The notes below the pieces were generated by a model, which made no database searches, was not told the origin of the DNA, and saw nothing but the letters and a program-made list of their open reading frames with translations. Both the position numbers and the translations under genes were made by a program. From an uncultured Parvibaculum sp. (lineage in GTDB: Bacteria > Pseudomonadota > Alphaproteobacteria > Parvibaculales > Parvibaculaceae): a stretch of DNA of 64,000 bases. The DNA lies in the NCBI GenBank assembly GCA_964518885.1, contig CAZFHW010000001.1, forward strand, positions 685 to 64,684, read 5' to 3'. Of this stretch, positions 47,356 to 57,686 are shown piece after piece; the stretch's first letter is position 1; every line of letters starts with the position of its first letter.

Positions 47356-48111
47356 ATGCGTCTGATTGTAAAAATTCTGGGAACGGGTCTGACCGCCGCA
47401 AGTCTGATGGCTTGTGCCGGACAGGGTGATCTGGGCCGAACCAAACCCGGTGAGTTCTCTTTCGTAAGTGGCTTGGGCGACCAACTGGCAGTATTGATAA
47501 ACCCGGATCCCACAAACGGGTTGCCTATGACGGACGAGGAGCAGCAGCTTCGCACCCTGGCCGGCAACATCGACGCCCACGTGGATACGTCGAGCACCAG
47601 CCTGCTCGAAAGACTTTCCATTCTGCAAACGGAAGACGTCGGCGATAAAGCCTATTACCGCTTTCTTCTCAAGGCTCATTCTGAAAGTGGTGTCGGATTG
47701 CTCAACACATTTGGCAATGACGCGATGCGTGACGTCACCATGGCAGATCAGTTCGCGAGTTTAAGCATTGCAGTCACCGGGGCTGATGCCCAGCGGCTGT
47801 CCCTGGTAAGAGATGCAATGGCGGCCAGCAGCGCGGTGTTTTCAGATGCTGTTGATGTGGTGTTGCGTGTGGAAGACAATGGCAATGTCATCGACCAGAC
47901 AATCGATTTACTGGACCAACGCCTTGTCGAATATCGGGTCGCGTTGGAACAGGCAGCCTTTGACATCCCAGAGCAAGATCTGATTGCCACGATCAAGGAA
48001 GTTCTCGACATGCTGGAAGAAAGCATAGACGGGGTCAGAGAAGATGCGGCGCGCCATAGAGCAGTACGTGGCGAATTGTTCGGACGCCGCTCCGCAGAAC
48101 GACCTGCTTAA
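47356..48111 (+). CDS. Hypothetical lipoprotein
   Basis: Lipobox LMAC followed by GDLGR; MTDEEQQLR; helical C-terminus. Confidence 0.7.
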   Translation: MRLIVKILGTGLTAASLMACAGQGDLGRTKPGEFSFVSGLGDQLAVLINPDPTNGLPMTDEEQQLRTLAGNIDAHVDTSSTSLLERLSILQTEDVGDKAYYRFLLKAHSESGVGLLNTFGNDAMRDVTMADQFASLSIAVTGADAQRLSLVRDAMAASSAVFSDAVDVVLRVEDNGNVIDQTIDLLDQRLVEYRVALEQAAFDIPEQDLIATIKEVLDMLEESIDGVREDAARHRAVRGELFGRRSAERPA

Positions 48112-48143
48112 ACGGGCTTTCGGGTTTCTCCAGAAATTTTGTT

Positions 48144-48512
48144 TCAGTAGCCGCGAACCCGACCTGGTTCGCTGGAGCCGACCGTGACGCCACTCACACA
48201 ACATGGTGTTGCCTCGCCATGTGGGACAGTCAGCTTGAGATGGCAGGAGGCCAAGGGGCCTTCTGTCCCTTTGTTGACATATGTCCAAGCAAGGCATTGC
48301 GTATCGGCTGCGCAAGCAGCGGCGCAATAACGCGGGCTCCCAACACCATCAGTCAGAACGCGGTAGTCGCCACCGGGGCGGTCCATTCCACGTTCCATGA
48401 AAACACCGGAGCTGGCTGCAAAGCTTGGCCCCGTGAGGATCGCGATAAAGAAGTACCCGACCAGTGCGGTCCCGATGTGCCATTTGTTTGGTGTAGAAAG
48501 CTCAACTCTCAT
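48144..48512 (-). CDS. PAN/apple domain exported protein
   Basis: DRPGGDYR...CAAAC..D.QC.AWTY......C.LK. Confidence 0.8.
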   Translation of the reverse strand: MRVELSTPNKWHIGTALVGYFFIAILTGPSFAASSGVFMERGMDRPGGDYRVLTDGVGSPRYCAAACAADTQCLAWTYVNKGTEGPLASCHLKLTVPHGEATPCCVSGVTVGSSEPGRVRGY

Positions 48513-48649
48513 TACTCAACTCCGTGGACCCGATGAAACCGGCGGGAGCTGCCGAGATGTGGGGTCCAAACCTTAAGAACAGTCCTACCAATGACAGATG
48601 GAAGAAACTTGAACGGTTTGCATCGGGTTTGAGGAAAATTGAAGTTTGG

Positions 48650-48665
48650 TTTAGAGCAGGTTAAC
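48650..48665 (+). promoter_or_regulatory. CtrA-like box TTTA-N7-TTAAC
   Basis: 1 mismatch to consensus; about 140 bp upstream of the PAN-domain gene. Confidence 0.4.
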
Positions 48666-48694
48666 GCCGCGCTATTTTCTGAGCCTGTGTGGCG

Positions 48695-49192
48695 TCAGTC
48701 TGATGTGCCGTGTCGGAGTTCCATCACCGTGGGGCGGCTATCGCCGGTGCGTTGGTAGACAAGGCTTAATTCGTTCATCGCCGTTTCGAAAGCAGCGAGC
48801 GTTGTGCCCTCAGCAACGTCAAAGGCGTCAATGCCGCAGCGCGCCATGAAGAACCACTGGTCATAGAGCACTTCGCCCGTCGCCCGGATTTCGCCTTCGT
48901 ATCCGTGGCGCTCCCGAAGCAGCCGGGCCGACGAATAGCCGCGCCCATCCTTGTAGATGGGGAATTGCACGGCCACCAGTTGCAGGCGATCCAGATCGTT
49001 GACGATGGCATCGGGCACGTCGCTGCTGGCCAGGGTCACACCCAGCGGTGTGTTGCGGCCCAGCAATGTCTCGCGCTCCGCCAGCCAGCGGGTGAGAGAG
49101 ACAATCACGCCGCCTTCGGACGGCAGGTCGTCCTCGTCACCAACGCTCACCCATTCATCGTCTGCAAAGGCGCCGTTCTTAATGAGTGGCAT
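48695..49192 (-). CDS. DUF934 family protein
   Basis: FPIYKDGRGYSSARLLRERHGYEGEIRATGEVL.DQ...M.RCG.DAF. Confidence 0.9.
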   Translation of the reverse strand: MPLIKNGAFADDEWVSVGDEDDLPSEGGVIVSLTRWLAERETLLGRNTPLGVTLASSDVPDAIVNDLDRLQLVAVQFPIYKDGRGYSSARLLRERHGYEGEIRATGEVLYDQWFFMARCGIDAFDVAEGTTLAAFETAMNELSLVYQRTGDSRPTVMELRHGTSD

Positions 49193-50837
49193 AGAGTTTC
49201 TCCTTGAACGGGGCTTTGCCGATGCGGCGATAAGTGTCGATGAAACGTTCGCCCTTTTCGCGCGCGTCCAGATAGGTCTCGACGATGGTTTCGATGGCAT
49301 CGACGATTTGATCTTCGGTAAAGGCCGGTCCAACAATCTCAGCGAGCGAGCTTGTCTCATCCGCCGATCCGCCAAGTGACACCTGGTAGAACTCGGTGCC
49401 CTTCTTGTCGACACCCAGAATGCCGATATGGCCCACATGGTGATGGCCGCAGGCATTGATGCAGCCAGAGATCTTGATCTTCAGCTCGCCTATGTCGTGC
49501 TGCCGGTCAAGATCTGCGAACCGCTCTGCAATTTCCTGCGAAATCGGAATGGAGCGCGCATTGGCCAGCGCGCAATAGTCGAGACCAGGACACACGATAT
49601 GATCGGTGATGAGGGCAAGGTTGGGGTCGCCCAGACCAGCCTCCTCAAGTGCCTGCCAGAGTGGGTACAGATCGTCCTTGCGCACATATGGCAGGGTCAG
49701 GTTTTGTTCATGAGTGACACGGACTTCGTCGAAACTGTATTTGGTGGTGAGATCAGCAATCAGATCCATCTGGTCTGCGCTGGCATCCCCGGCAATGCCG
49801 CCAACCGGTTTCAACGAGATGTTGGCAATCGCATAGCCCGCCACTTTGTGCGCGGCGACATTGGTCTTTACCCAGTCCCCAAATCGCTTGTTCTGTGCCA
49901 CGGCAGCATCAAGAGCATCTGAAGTGTCCGGCAGTGTCTCGTAAGCAGGCGCTTGGAAGTATGTCCGGATACGCTCAATTTCCGCTGCAGGCAAAAACGG
50001 TATGCCTTGTTCTTTAACGTGGGCGAACTCTTCTTCGACCTGGCGCTTCATTTCCTCTGCACCCAAAGAGTGAACGAGGATCTTGATGCGTGCCTTGTAA
50101 AGATTGTCGCGGCGTCCGTTCATATTGTAGACGCGCATAATCGCTTCCAGATAGGCGATGAGATCGCCAGCTGGTACGGCTTTACCGATCAAATGCCCGA
50201 TCATCGGTGTGCGGCCCTGGCCCCCACCCACATAAACATCAAAAGCGGGTTTGCCGTCGGCGCCTTTGACCACTTCGATGCCAACGTCATGAAAGCGAAT
50301 GGCTGCACGGTCCGTATGCATGCCGGTCACGGCAAACTTGAACTTGCGGGGCAGGAAAGTGAATTCCGGGTGGAACGTTGACCACTGCCGGATGATCTCA
50401 CTCCAGATACGCGGATCGTCGATCTCGTCGGCGGCTGCACCTGCATACTGATCTGACGTCACATTGCGAATGCAGTTCCCACTGGTCTGAATGGCGTGCA
50501 TTTCCACAGTTGCGAGATCATCCAGGATCGCGGGAATGTCTTCCAGAGACGGCCAGTTATACTGAATATTCTGACGCGTGGTGAAGTGGCCATAGCCCTT
50601 GTCATATTTGCGTGCGATGTGCGCGAGCATATGCATCTGCGGGCCCGACAGGGTGCCATAAGGAACCGCAACGCGCAGCATATAGGCGTGCAGTTGAAGA
50701 TAGACACCGTTCATCAGCCGCAAGGGTTTGAACTGGTCTTCCGTCAACTCACCAGCAAGGCGTCGAGCCACCTGGCCGCGAAACTGGGTAACGCGCTCTT
50801 GCACGAGCTTGTGGTCAAATTCGTCGTAGCGATACAT
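49179..50837 (-). CDS. cysI: Sulfite/nitrite reductase hemoprotein (CysI/Sir-like)
   Basis: RLMNGVYLQLHAYMLR, TTRQNIQ, TSGNCIRN, CPGLDYC...GCINACGHH siroheme/4Fe-4S motif. Confidence 0.9.
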   Translation of the reverse strand: MYRYDEFDHKLVQERVTQFRGQVARRLAGELTEDQFKPLRLMNGVYLQLHAYMLRVAVPYGTLSGPQMHMLAHIARKYDKGYGHFTTRQNIQYNWPSLEDIPAILDDLATVEMHAIQTSGNCIRNVTSDQYAGAAADEIDDPRIWSEIIRQWSTFHPEFTFLPRKFKFAVTGMHTDRAAIRFHDVGIEVVKGADGKPAFDVYVGGGQGRTPMIGHLIGKAVPAGDLIAYLEAIMRVYNMNGRRDNLYKARIKILVHSLGAEEMKRQVEEEFAHVKEQGIPFLPAAEIERIRTYFQAPAYETLPDTSDALDAAVAQNKRFGDWVKTNVAAHKVAGYAIANISLKPVGGIAGDASADQMDLIADLTTKYSFDEVRVTHEQNLTLPYVRKDDLYPLWQALEEAGLGDPNLALITDHIVCPGLDYCALANARSIPISQEIAERFADLDRQHDIGELKIKISGCINACGHHHVGHIGILGVDKKGTEFYQVSLGGSADETSSLAEIVGPAFTEDQIVDAIETIVETYLDAREKGERFIDTYRRIGKAPFKEKLYATH

Positions 50838-50867
50838 CGCAGAATACTTTCATTCCAGAGAAGGTAA

Positions 50868-51197
50868 TCAGGCGTTGGCGGCCTGTTTCCCAAGATCAAG
50901 TCGGATCGTCGGGCCGGCCATGCGGATTTTCTCCCGCACACTGGCAGGGACAATCTCACCTTCATCGACGGCTACTTCGAAGAGATAGGGGTCGATTACC
51001 AGTTGCGCCGCCACGGCAGGTTCAGCGGAAGCAAGCAGCTTCGCGCAGTCCTCTTTGCCATCGGCAACTTGCGAGTCTTTCAACCACAGCGACCAGTCGC
51101 CCGCCGCAGTAAAATAGACCACATCGCCGTCGGTCAGCCTGTTGGCCGTGACCGCCTGAGTGGTGGCGCGCTTATTGGTATGTTGGGCCAAACCCAA
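50868..51197 (-). CDS. DUF2849 domain protein
   Basis: AVTANRLTDGDVVYFT..G.W, REKIRMAGPT. Confidence 0.88.
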   Translation of the reverse strand: MGLAQHTNKRATTQAVTANRLTDGDVVYFTAAGDWSLWLKDSQVADGKEDCAKLLASAEPAVAAQLVIDPYLFEVAVDEGEIVPASVREKIRMAGPTIRLDLGKQAANA

Positions 51198-51367
51198 TCC
51201 TCCGAAGAACTTTCATGTAAAACCTTTTCCAGCCGTGGCCTGGCTTGGAAAACTGTCCTTATTGGCCGCAAACATGGGTGTTTTTACATTACACGTCAAT
51301 AGGAGTGTGAAATATATTAAAACACAAATATTTTAAGTAAAAAAGGCGATTTTTGGCAGAATTCCGA

Positions 51368-52159
51368 CTATTTTTTGCGGTCTATCGCACTTTCATGCCA
51401 CCGGCGCAGCACAATGTGCTCCAGAACGCTGAGCGAGAAGAAGATCGCGATGCCCAGCGCGGATAAAAGCAGCAGGGCGGCGAACATGGTCGGCACCTGT
51501 AAACGGTTCCCCGCTTCGATAATGCGCCACGCAAGACCCGTTCCTGACCCCGACCCAGCCACAAATTCCGCGACCACGGCACCAATGAGAGCCAGCCCCC
51601 CGGAAATCTTCATGCCCCCCAGAATGTGAGGCAGAGAGGCAGGCAGTTGCAAAGACCAGAGCCGCTGCCAGCGAGAGGCTCCGTAGAGGGTGAACAGGTC
51701 CATCAGATTGTGGTCCACGGACCGCAATCCCAATGTCGTGTTCGACAGGATCGGAAAAAACGCCACGATCCACGCCAGGATCAAAAGTGCCAAGTTCACA
51801 TTGTCAAAGCCCACCCAGATGAGAACCAGCGGGGCGATCGCCACCACCGGCGTCACCTGAAGAATGACCGCGAACGGGAAGAGGGCTGTCTCCACAAGGC
51901 GGCTTTGTGAAAACACCACGGCCAGCGCCACACCGCCAACCACCGCCAGAGCAAATGCGAGCACCGTGATGCGCAACGTGATCCACAGCGCGGCCATCAG
52001 ACTGGCGAAATTATCGACCAGCGCTTCCATTATCCGGCTGGGAGCTGGCAGCACAAATTGCGGTACCTCGTAAAAGTGAACCGCAGCCTCCCAGAGCAGG
52101 AAGAAGGCAAGTCCCACCAAAAGCGGGAGGACAATGCGTTTGATTCTTTGAGAGGTCAT
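51368..52159 (-). CDS. ABC transporter permease (NitT/TauT family)
   Basis: Q.TPVVAIAPL, FFPILSNT..GL, LQLPASLP, GAVVAEF. Confidence 0.9.
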   Translation of the reverse strand: MTSQRIKRIVLPLLVGLAFFLLWEAAVHFYEVPQFVLPAPSRIMEALVDNFASLMAALWITLRITVLAFALAVVGGVALAVVFSQSRLVETALFPFAVILQVTPVVAIAPLVLIWVGFDNVNLALLILAWIVAFFPILSNTTLGLRSVDHNLMDLFTLYGASRWQRLWSLQLPASLPHILGGMKISGGLALIGAVVAEFVAGSGSGTGLAWRIIEAGNRLQVPTMFAALLLLSALGIAIFFSLSVLEHIVLRRWHESAIDRKK

Positions 52160-52941
52160 GATACCTCCCCGCGAAGCGCTTGGGAGACCGTGCGGCAATG
52201 ATCGAAATAGGATTGGCTTTGCCGAAAGGCGAGGCCGCGCGGATAGGGGGCGTCAATGGGAAGGTCCGCCACAATGCGCCCGGGCTTGCCTGCCGCATCT
52301 CCATCCATCCCCATCACCAGAATGCGTTCCGACAGATAGACGCTCTCATACACACTGTGCGTGACAAAGATCACCGTCCAGCCCAGCTCGCGCCAGAGCG
52401 TCAGCAGATCATCGTCCAGTTTTTCGCGGGCGAATTCATCAAGCGCTGCAAACGGTTCGTCCATCAACAGCACCGGCGGCTCGGTGACAAGCGCGCGGGC
52501 GATGGACGCCCGCATCGCCATGCCGCCGGAAAGTTCGTGGGGTAGTTTGGCGGCGGCGTCGCCAAGCCCGACCCGCTCCAGGGCGGCGTCAATGTCGGGC
52601 AGTGCGGCGTCGCGCGTGATCCCCTTCAGCTTCAGGGGCAGATAGACGTTTTCAGAGACCGTGGCCCAGGGAAGCAGCGTTGCGTCCTGAAATACAAATC
52701 CGAGGTCCGCAGGCCGGGTGCGTGTCGACCCCAGCCAGAGGATGTCCCCTTTGGTGGGCTGCAACAGGCCTGCGAGCATCCGAAGCAGCGTGCTCTTGCC
52801 ACATCCCGAAGGGCCGACAAGGGAGACGAACGATCCTTGTGCGATCTCGATATTGATGTCGGTGACGACGTCCCGGTCAGCCTCGAATGACTTGGTGACA
52901 TGCGACAGCTGGACCAGAGCGGAGGCGGAAGACGTGTTCAT
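52156..52941 (-). CDS. ABC transporter ATP-binding protein (NitT/TauT family)
   Basis: GPSGCGKST, LSGGMAMR, LLMDEPFAALD. Confidence 0.93.
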   Translation of the reverse strand: MNTSSASALVQLSHVTKSFEADRDVVTDINIEIAQGSFVSLVGPSGCGKSTLLRMLAGLLQPTKGDILWLGSTRTRPADLGFVFQDATLLPWATVSENVYLPLKLKGITRDAALPDIDAALERVGLGDAAAKLPHELSGGMAMRASIARALVTEPPVLLMDEPFAALDEFAREKLDDDLLTLWRELGWTVIFVTHSVYESVYLSERILVMGMDGDAAGKPGRIVADLPIDAPYPRGLAFRQSQSYFDHCRTVSQALRGEVS

Positions 52942-53987
52942 TTTCCTGTCAGCTCAGCCTTGAAGTCGAGCCCATACCCTTTGTTGACAAAGGCAAGCGT
53001 GTACGCGGCGTGCCAGTCGAGGTCCGGGTCATAGACGCCGTTTTCCGCCATCACCTCAAAGAAGGTCTGCCAGCGCGCGTCAGTCATGGCGCCAATGCCC
53101 AATGTTTCTGCATCACCTGATGCCGCGATCCCATATGCATTGAGTTTCACAATGGCCTGGGCAATCACGTCCGCGCTCATATCGGGATTGTCGGCCATGA
53201 TCAGCGCGTTGGCGGGAGACGGGTCACCATAAAGATACGACGTCCAGCCTTTGATGGTGGCGTTGACGAAGGCCTGCACAAGCTCCGGTTCCGCCTCAAT
53301 CATCGTGGTGTTGGCGAGGATGAAAGTGGCATATCCCGGGTAGCCATGATCCGCCAGCAGGAAGACCTGGGGGATGAAGCCCGCTTCCTTTTCAATCAAA
53401 TAGGGCTCGGAAGAGAGATAGCCCTGCTGGATTGCATTCTCGTCCACCAGAAAGGGCGCGAGGTTGAATGTGTATTTGCGGATCTGATCATCGGTAAAAC
53501 CAAAACGCGCGCGCAGCCAGACCCAGAACGCGCTGATCGTGGCGTCCGACACCATGATCGGCATGCCGCGCATGTCTTCCAGTGTTTTTACGTCGTCGCG
53601 TGGATGGGTGATGAGCACTTGCGGGTCTTTCTGGAAAGACGCCATCACCGCTTTGGCACCGGCATTGGCCGCGACAATGTTGAGCGGGATAAAACTGTTC
53701 GACCCCATGCCGAAATCAATACTGCCCGTCGCCAGAAGCTGCGGCACATTGCTGCCGGGGCCGCCTTGCCGGATGGTGACGTTGAGGCCCGCTTCAGCGT
53801 AATAGCCATTGGCAACCGCCTGATAGAAGCCCCCATGCTCGGCTTGCGCTTTCCAGTCCGTAACAAAAGTGATGGCGCGCAGCCCGTCATCACCGGCGGG
53901 CTCTTGGCTTGGGGCATAAAGCGAGAAAACAAGCAGGGCGAGCACCACGAGAGTGACAGCGCCCCCAATCAACACATTACGGTTCAT
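52938..53987 (-). CDS. ABC transporter substrate-binding protein (NMT1/THI5-like)
   Basis: TDWKAQAEHGGFYQA...GYY...GL.V.IRQGGP, QQGYLSSEP. Confidence 0.88.
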   Translation of the reverse strand: MNRNVLIGGAVTLVVLALLVFSLYAPSQEPAGDDGLRAITFVTDWKAQAEHGGFYQAVANGYYAEAGLNVTIRQGGPGSNVPQLLATGSIDFGMGSNSFIPLNIVAANAGAKAVMASFQKDPQVLITHPRDDVKTLEDMRGMPIMVSDATISAFWVWLRARFGFTDDQIRKYTFNLAPFLVDENAIQQGYLSSEPYLIEKEAGFIPQVFLLADHGYPGYATFILANTTMIEAEPELVQAFVNATIKGWTSYLYGDPSPANALIMADNPDMSADVIAQAIVKLNAYGIAASGDAETLGIGAMTDARWQTFFEVMAENGVYDPDLDWHAAYTLAFVNKGYGLDFKAELTGK

Positions 53988-54083
53988 GATTTCCCCCGGC
54001 CGATCCAACGTGTCGCGACCTTAGCATGCGCCTCCCACACATTGTCACCCTCGTGCGGACCGGAAAGAAAATAGGGAGAAGGC

Positions 54084-54174
54084 GTCATTGCCGGACTTGT
54101 TCCGGCAATCCAGGAGCTGCAAACAGAAGCTTTAATGTGTGGCCCTGGACCCCCGGAACAAGTCCGGGGGTGAC
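54084..54174. repeat. REP doublet (inverted pair of GTCA-type palindromes)
   Basis: GTCATTGCCGGACTTGTTCCGGCAATCCA ... TGGACCCCCGGAACAAGTCCGGGGGTGAC; both arms fit GTCA-N3-CCGGACTTGTTCCGG-N3-TCCA. Confidence 0.85.
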
Positions 54175-54220
54175 AGTTTTTGCGGTGTCATTTTTGCTTA
54201 GAGATAGCGCTGCCGCACGC

Positions 54221-54265
54221 CCTCACGCCTCAAGGAGCGGTCATAGACCGCATCTCGAAGGGTGG
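54221..54265. repeat. Degenerate second-type alphaproteobacterial palindromic repeat
   Basis: CCTCACGCCTCAAGGAGCGGTC-ATA-GACCGCATCTCGAAGGGTGG resembles the CCTCATCCTGAGGAG...GTCTCGAAGGATG repeat family. Confidence 0.55.
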
Positions 54266-54280
54266 TGACAGACACGCCCC

Positions 54281-54805
54281 TCACATCACTTCGCAGGTGG
54301 CTTCCCGGCGGATGGCGTCTAGTTCTTCAAAACGGTCTTCGGACGCAATGAGCGTGCGGAAGAGGATGACACCGCGGACGCTGGGGGCGATCACCACAGG
54401 CGCGCCTCCCAGTTCACTCACTGCGGAGCCCGGTTTCACCAGCACCACGCTCACACTGTCTTTCTCAAGCTGGCTGTCATTCACCACAAAGAAGTTATCC
54501 GTATTGTCGCCAAACATAGACAGCGAAAAATACGTGTCGGCAGGCACTGGCGATGAAATTTTCAGCGGGCGCTCCGATACGTCGAACGCACAAATCGTAT
54601 AGATGAGGTCAGGGCTCGGGCGCACCACGTTGCGGGCATCTGCGTCGGCGCGAGGCGCATGCACCGCCGTGTTAAGTCCGGCGCGCGTTTCCAGTCCCCC
54701 AACAAGACGGTTCATGACAAAGTCCGGCCACATCAAAATCGCACTCACATGGACAATGCCGGCAAGGATGAGCGTGGCGGCAAGCAGATAAGGCCAGGAT
54801 TTCAT
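54281..54805 (-). CDS. DUF1254 domain protein
   Basis: RPSPDLIYTICAFDV..RPL, YFSLSMFG.N.DNFF..ND. Confidence 0.8.
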   Translation of the reverse strand: MKSWPYLLAATLILAGIVHVSAILMWPDFVMNRLVGGLETRAGLNTAVHAPRADADARNVVRPSPDLIYTICAFDVSERPLKISSPVPADTYFSLSMFGDNTDNFFVVNDSQLEKDSVSVVLVKPGSAVSELGGAPVVIAPSVRGVILFRTLIASEDRFEELDAIRREATCEVM

Positions 54806-55407
54806 TGACAGCCCTCCAGAGTGAGGGTGGGCAGAGCGATGCCACCGAGGTTCGAATAGGTGGCTTCTTCGGGGTTGTAGAGCCGAAGCGTCAGGCTGAA
54901 GGCAGCACCCTGATTGGTGTCGCTGCTGGCGCCTGAAAATCCTGTGGGAATACCATTTTCCTGCGACCCGTCCGGGCTCACAATAATGGTAAAGCCGTTC
55001 TGGTCGTCTCGTGTGACCGTGTTCATGGCCTGACTGTAGTGGTTCGCCGGATTGGGGATCAGATAATGGTCGGCACCATAGGCGGTGATGCTCCACCAGC
55101 GGGTGGCGAGCGGGTGGCCCACCAGCTTGTAAGTGCAGGCGGTAGAGAGCGGCTGACCGGCATCGTCCCTAGACGCGGTGAAATACACCGTCTCGGATTT
55201 GTTCAGGGCCAGAAGCCCCGCGCGGGCGACGGCAGCTCTGGAATAGGGCCCCGCCTGCTCACTGCCAATGTTCGGGTCGGTTACCCAGGCACCGTTTTGC
55301 AGCGCGCTGCCAAAGCCTGCATTGATCGACCACCACGCGGACCCCAGTCCGAGGGTGAGGGCGACCAAAAGCACGCCGCCAAGTTTAAGCAAAAATTTCA
55401 CCATCAA
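54802..55407 (-). CDS. DUF1214 domain protein
   Basis: PYSRA.VAR.GL.AL...E..YF.A..D..G.PL...C.Y, RWWSIT.Y, LTLRLYNP. Confidence 0.85.
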   Translation of the reverse strand: MMVKFLLKLGGVLLVALTLGLGSAWWSINAGFGSALQNGAWVTDPNIGSEQAGPYSRAAVARAGLLALNKSETVYFTASRDDAGQPLSTACTYKLVGHPLATRWWSITAYGADHYLIPNPANHYSQAMNTVTRDDQNGFTIIVSPDGSQENGIPTGFSGASSDTNQGAAFSLTLRLYNPEEATYSNLGGIALPTLTLEGCQ

Positions 55408-55503
55408 TCCCCAAACCGCAAAGCCCCAAAAAATCTCTCAACCGTTGTAGAGGCAAGTGCTGTGCGATGCCAGCGCACATGCCCGGCGCGGTTAACGAGG
55501 ATA

Positions 55504-57504
55504 TCATCTACGCAAAGTCTGGCCGCCGCGTCGAAAGCCCGGGCCAGGGTTGAGTTGCGCCCGGTGTGTCTGGCGGAACAGTTCGGACAAAGAAGTGTAA
55601 AAACGGCGGATCTCAATCTGTTCCTGGCTCGTGCCCGCGGCTGTCTGGACCGGCCGCCCGATGGGGGCAGGTCGCCCGCCCGCCAGATCTGTCATGGGGC
55701 GCCCCCGGTGGACCGACTTCATGAAGCTCGCCCACGCCCGCGCGCTGATGCCCCCGCCTTGCGCCCCCACCATCGGGGAGGCGTCGTCATTGCCAAACCA
55801 GACACCCGCAACCTGATCGGCGGTGTAGCCGATAAACCAGGCGTCACGCCCTTGCTGACTGGTACCGGTCTTGCCCGCCGCCGGGCGACCGCCGATGGCC
55901 GCCTGTCGTCCCGTGCCTGTCAGGATCACCTGATAGAGCAGATAGTTGAGGGAGCGCGCCGCACCCCGCGCCACAATTCGCGTGGCGAGTGATTGATGTT
56001 CATGCAGCACCTCACCATCCGGCGTCAGAATGCGGGTGATGCCAAACGGTGTTGCCCGGTACCCGCCATTGGCAAAGACCGCATAAGCCGACGTCAGATC
56101 AAGCAGGTTGACCTCTTCCGTGCCCAAGGCAATGGAAGGGTGAGAGGCCAGCGGGGAGGTGATGCCAAGTCGCTCCGCTACCTCGATCACCCGCAGGCGT
56201 CCAACCTGTTCGGAGAGACGGACGGCAACGGAATTGACGGAATCTTTCATCGCATCAAGCAGGGTGATTTTTCCCTGCGGCTGCCCGGTACTCTGGGGCG
56301 ACCATCCATCGACAAACACAGGGGCGTCACTTATCAGGCTTTCTGGTGTCAGCCCCTGTTCAATAGCAGCCAGATAGACAAAGGGTTTGAACGCAGAGCC
56401 CGGTTGCCGCTCGGCCTGAGCTGTGCGGTTAAATTGACTTTCCAGATAGTTGCGTCCGCCCACCATCGCCCGCACGGCGCCGTCCGGGTCGAGCGCAACA
56501 AGCGCGCCTTGCGTTGGGGAAGGCCCATCATCGGTCTCCTGATCCAACAGAGCATCGGCAATGGCCAGTTCGCCTGCCGCCTGGCTGACCGGATCAAGGG
56601 TGGTTTCGATAATCAATTGACCGGTGACGCCGGGCAGGAGAATGGCAACTTCCTCTGCGATCCAGTCGACAAAATACTGCGATCCTCCGCGAGGGCTGCG
56701 TTCTGTAATGGTTGCCGGCGTTGCCCGAGCGGCGAAAACCTCACCCTCGGTCAGAATATTATTGTCCACCAGGCGCCGGAGCACCTGTTCTGCCCGCGAT
56801 TGCGCGCGTGCCAGATCATTGGTGGGCGCAAATCGGGAAGGGGCTTTGATGAGCCCCGCCAGCAGAGCGGCCTCTGCCAGGGAGACATCGCGCACAGAGT
56901 GATCGAAATAATGACGTGAAGCGGCTTCCACGCCGTACGATCCAGCACCCATATAGATGCGGTTCAGGTACAAGGTGAGGATTTCGTCTTTGGAATATTT
57001 GTCCTCCAGCCAGAGCGTTACCAGCACCTCGCGTGCTTTGCGCCACAAGGTTCTCTCCCTGCTGAGGTAAAGGTTTTTGGCGAGCTGCTGGGTGATACTT
57101 GATCCCCCTTGCACAATGCGGCCTGCGCGCACATTGGCCCAAAGGGCCCGTCCAATCCCGCGAAAATCAAACCCGAAATGCGTGTAGAAACGCCGGTCTT
57201 CGGTACTCAATACCGCCTGAATGAGATAGTCGGGCATTTCGTCAAGAGGCACGATGGCCGCATACCGTCCGCCGCGACTGGCGATCTCGTCACCCTCTCG
57301 GTCAAGCACGGTGAGCGCAAACGCATCCGGACCCAATGGCCCCAGAAGCTGCCGCTCGAGCTTTGGTAAGGTGTCGAGCACAAGCACGCCACTCAAAACG
57401 AAGAGGACAAACAGCACACCTCCTATGAGCCGCGGCCAGATAGACCGGCGCGGTGTGTGCGAATGAGGCACATCTATTTCGTCTTGCTCTCGGGCCACTG
57501 ACAT
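55504..57504 (-). CDS. Class A penicillin-binding protein (PBP1A family)
   Basis: [37 protein letters not shown]. Confidence 0.93.
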   Translation of the reverse strand: MSVAREQDEIDVPHSHTPRRSIWPRLIGGVLFVLFVLSGVLVLDTLPKLERQLLGPLGPDAFALTVLDREGDEIASRGGRYAAIVPLDEMPDYLIQAVLSTEDRRFYTHFGFDFRGIGRALWANVRAGRIVQGGSSITQQLAKNLYLSRERTLWRKAREVLVTLWLEDKYSKDEILTLYLNRIYMGAGSYGVEAASRHYFDHSVRDVSLAEAALLAGLIKAPSRFAPTNDLARAQSRAEQVLRRLVDNNILTEGEVFAARATPATITERSPRGGSQYFVDWIAEEVAILLPGVTGQLIIETTLDPVSQAAGELAIADALLDQETDDGPSPTQGALVALDPDGAVRAMVGGRNYLESQFNRTAQAERQPGSAFKPFVYLAAIEQGLTPESLISDAPVFVDGWSPQSTGQPQGKITLLDAMKDSVNSVAVRLSEQVGRLRVIEVAERLGITSPLASHPSIALGTEEVNLLDLTSAYAVFANGGYRATPFGITRILTPDGEVLHEHQSLATRIVARGAARSLNYLLYQVILTGTGRQAAIGGRPAAGKTGTSQQGRDAWFIGYTADQVAGVWFGNDDASPMVGAQGGGISARAWASFMKSVHRGRPMTDLAGGRPAPIGRPVQTAAGTSQEQIEIRRFYTSLSELFRQTHRAQLNPGPGFRRGGQTLRR

Positions 57505-57686
57505 TTTTCTCCCAGTCAGGCACAAACGTGCCGAAACGGCACACTACGGGCGTCTTTTCACGCCTACCTGGGCTCAACCCGCAAGCCTCATGCCGTGGTG
57601 AGGGGCGCTCGCGCTTGTGCTATTGGCCGGAAATCTGGCATAGACTGGCAAATCCCCGACAGACCAGTTTGGGGCGAGGAGTGAGT

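Noticed and set aside
51198-51367. SAM-type riboswitch upstream of the sulfite reductase operon
   Set aside because: No match to the SAM-II/SAM-SAH consensus I can recognise; only a generic hairpin
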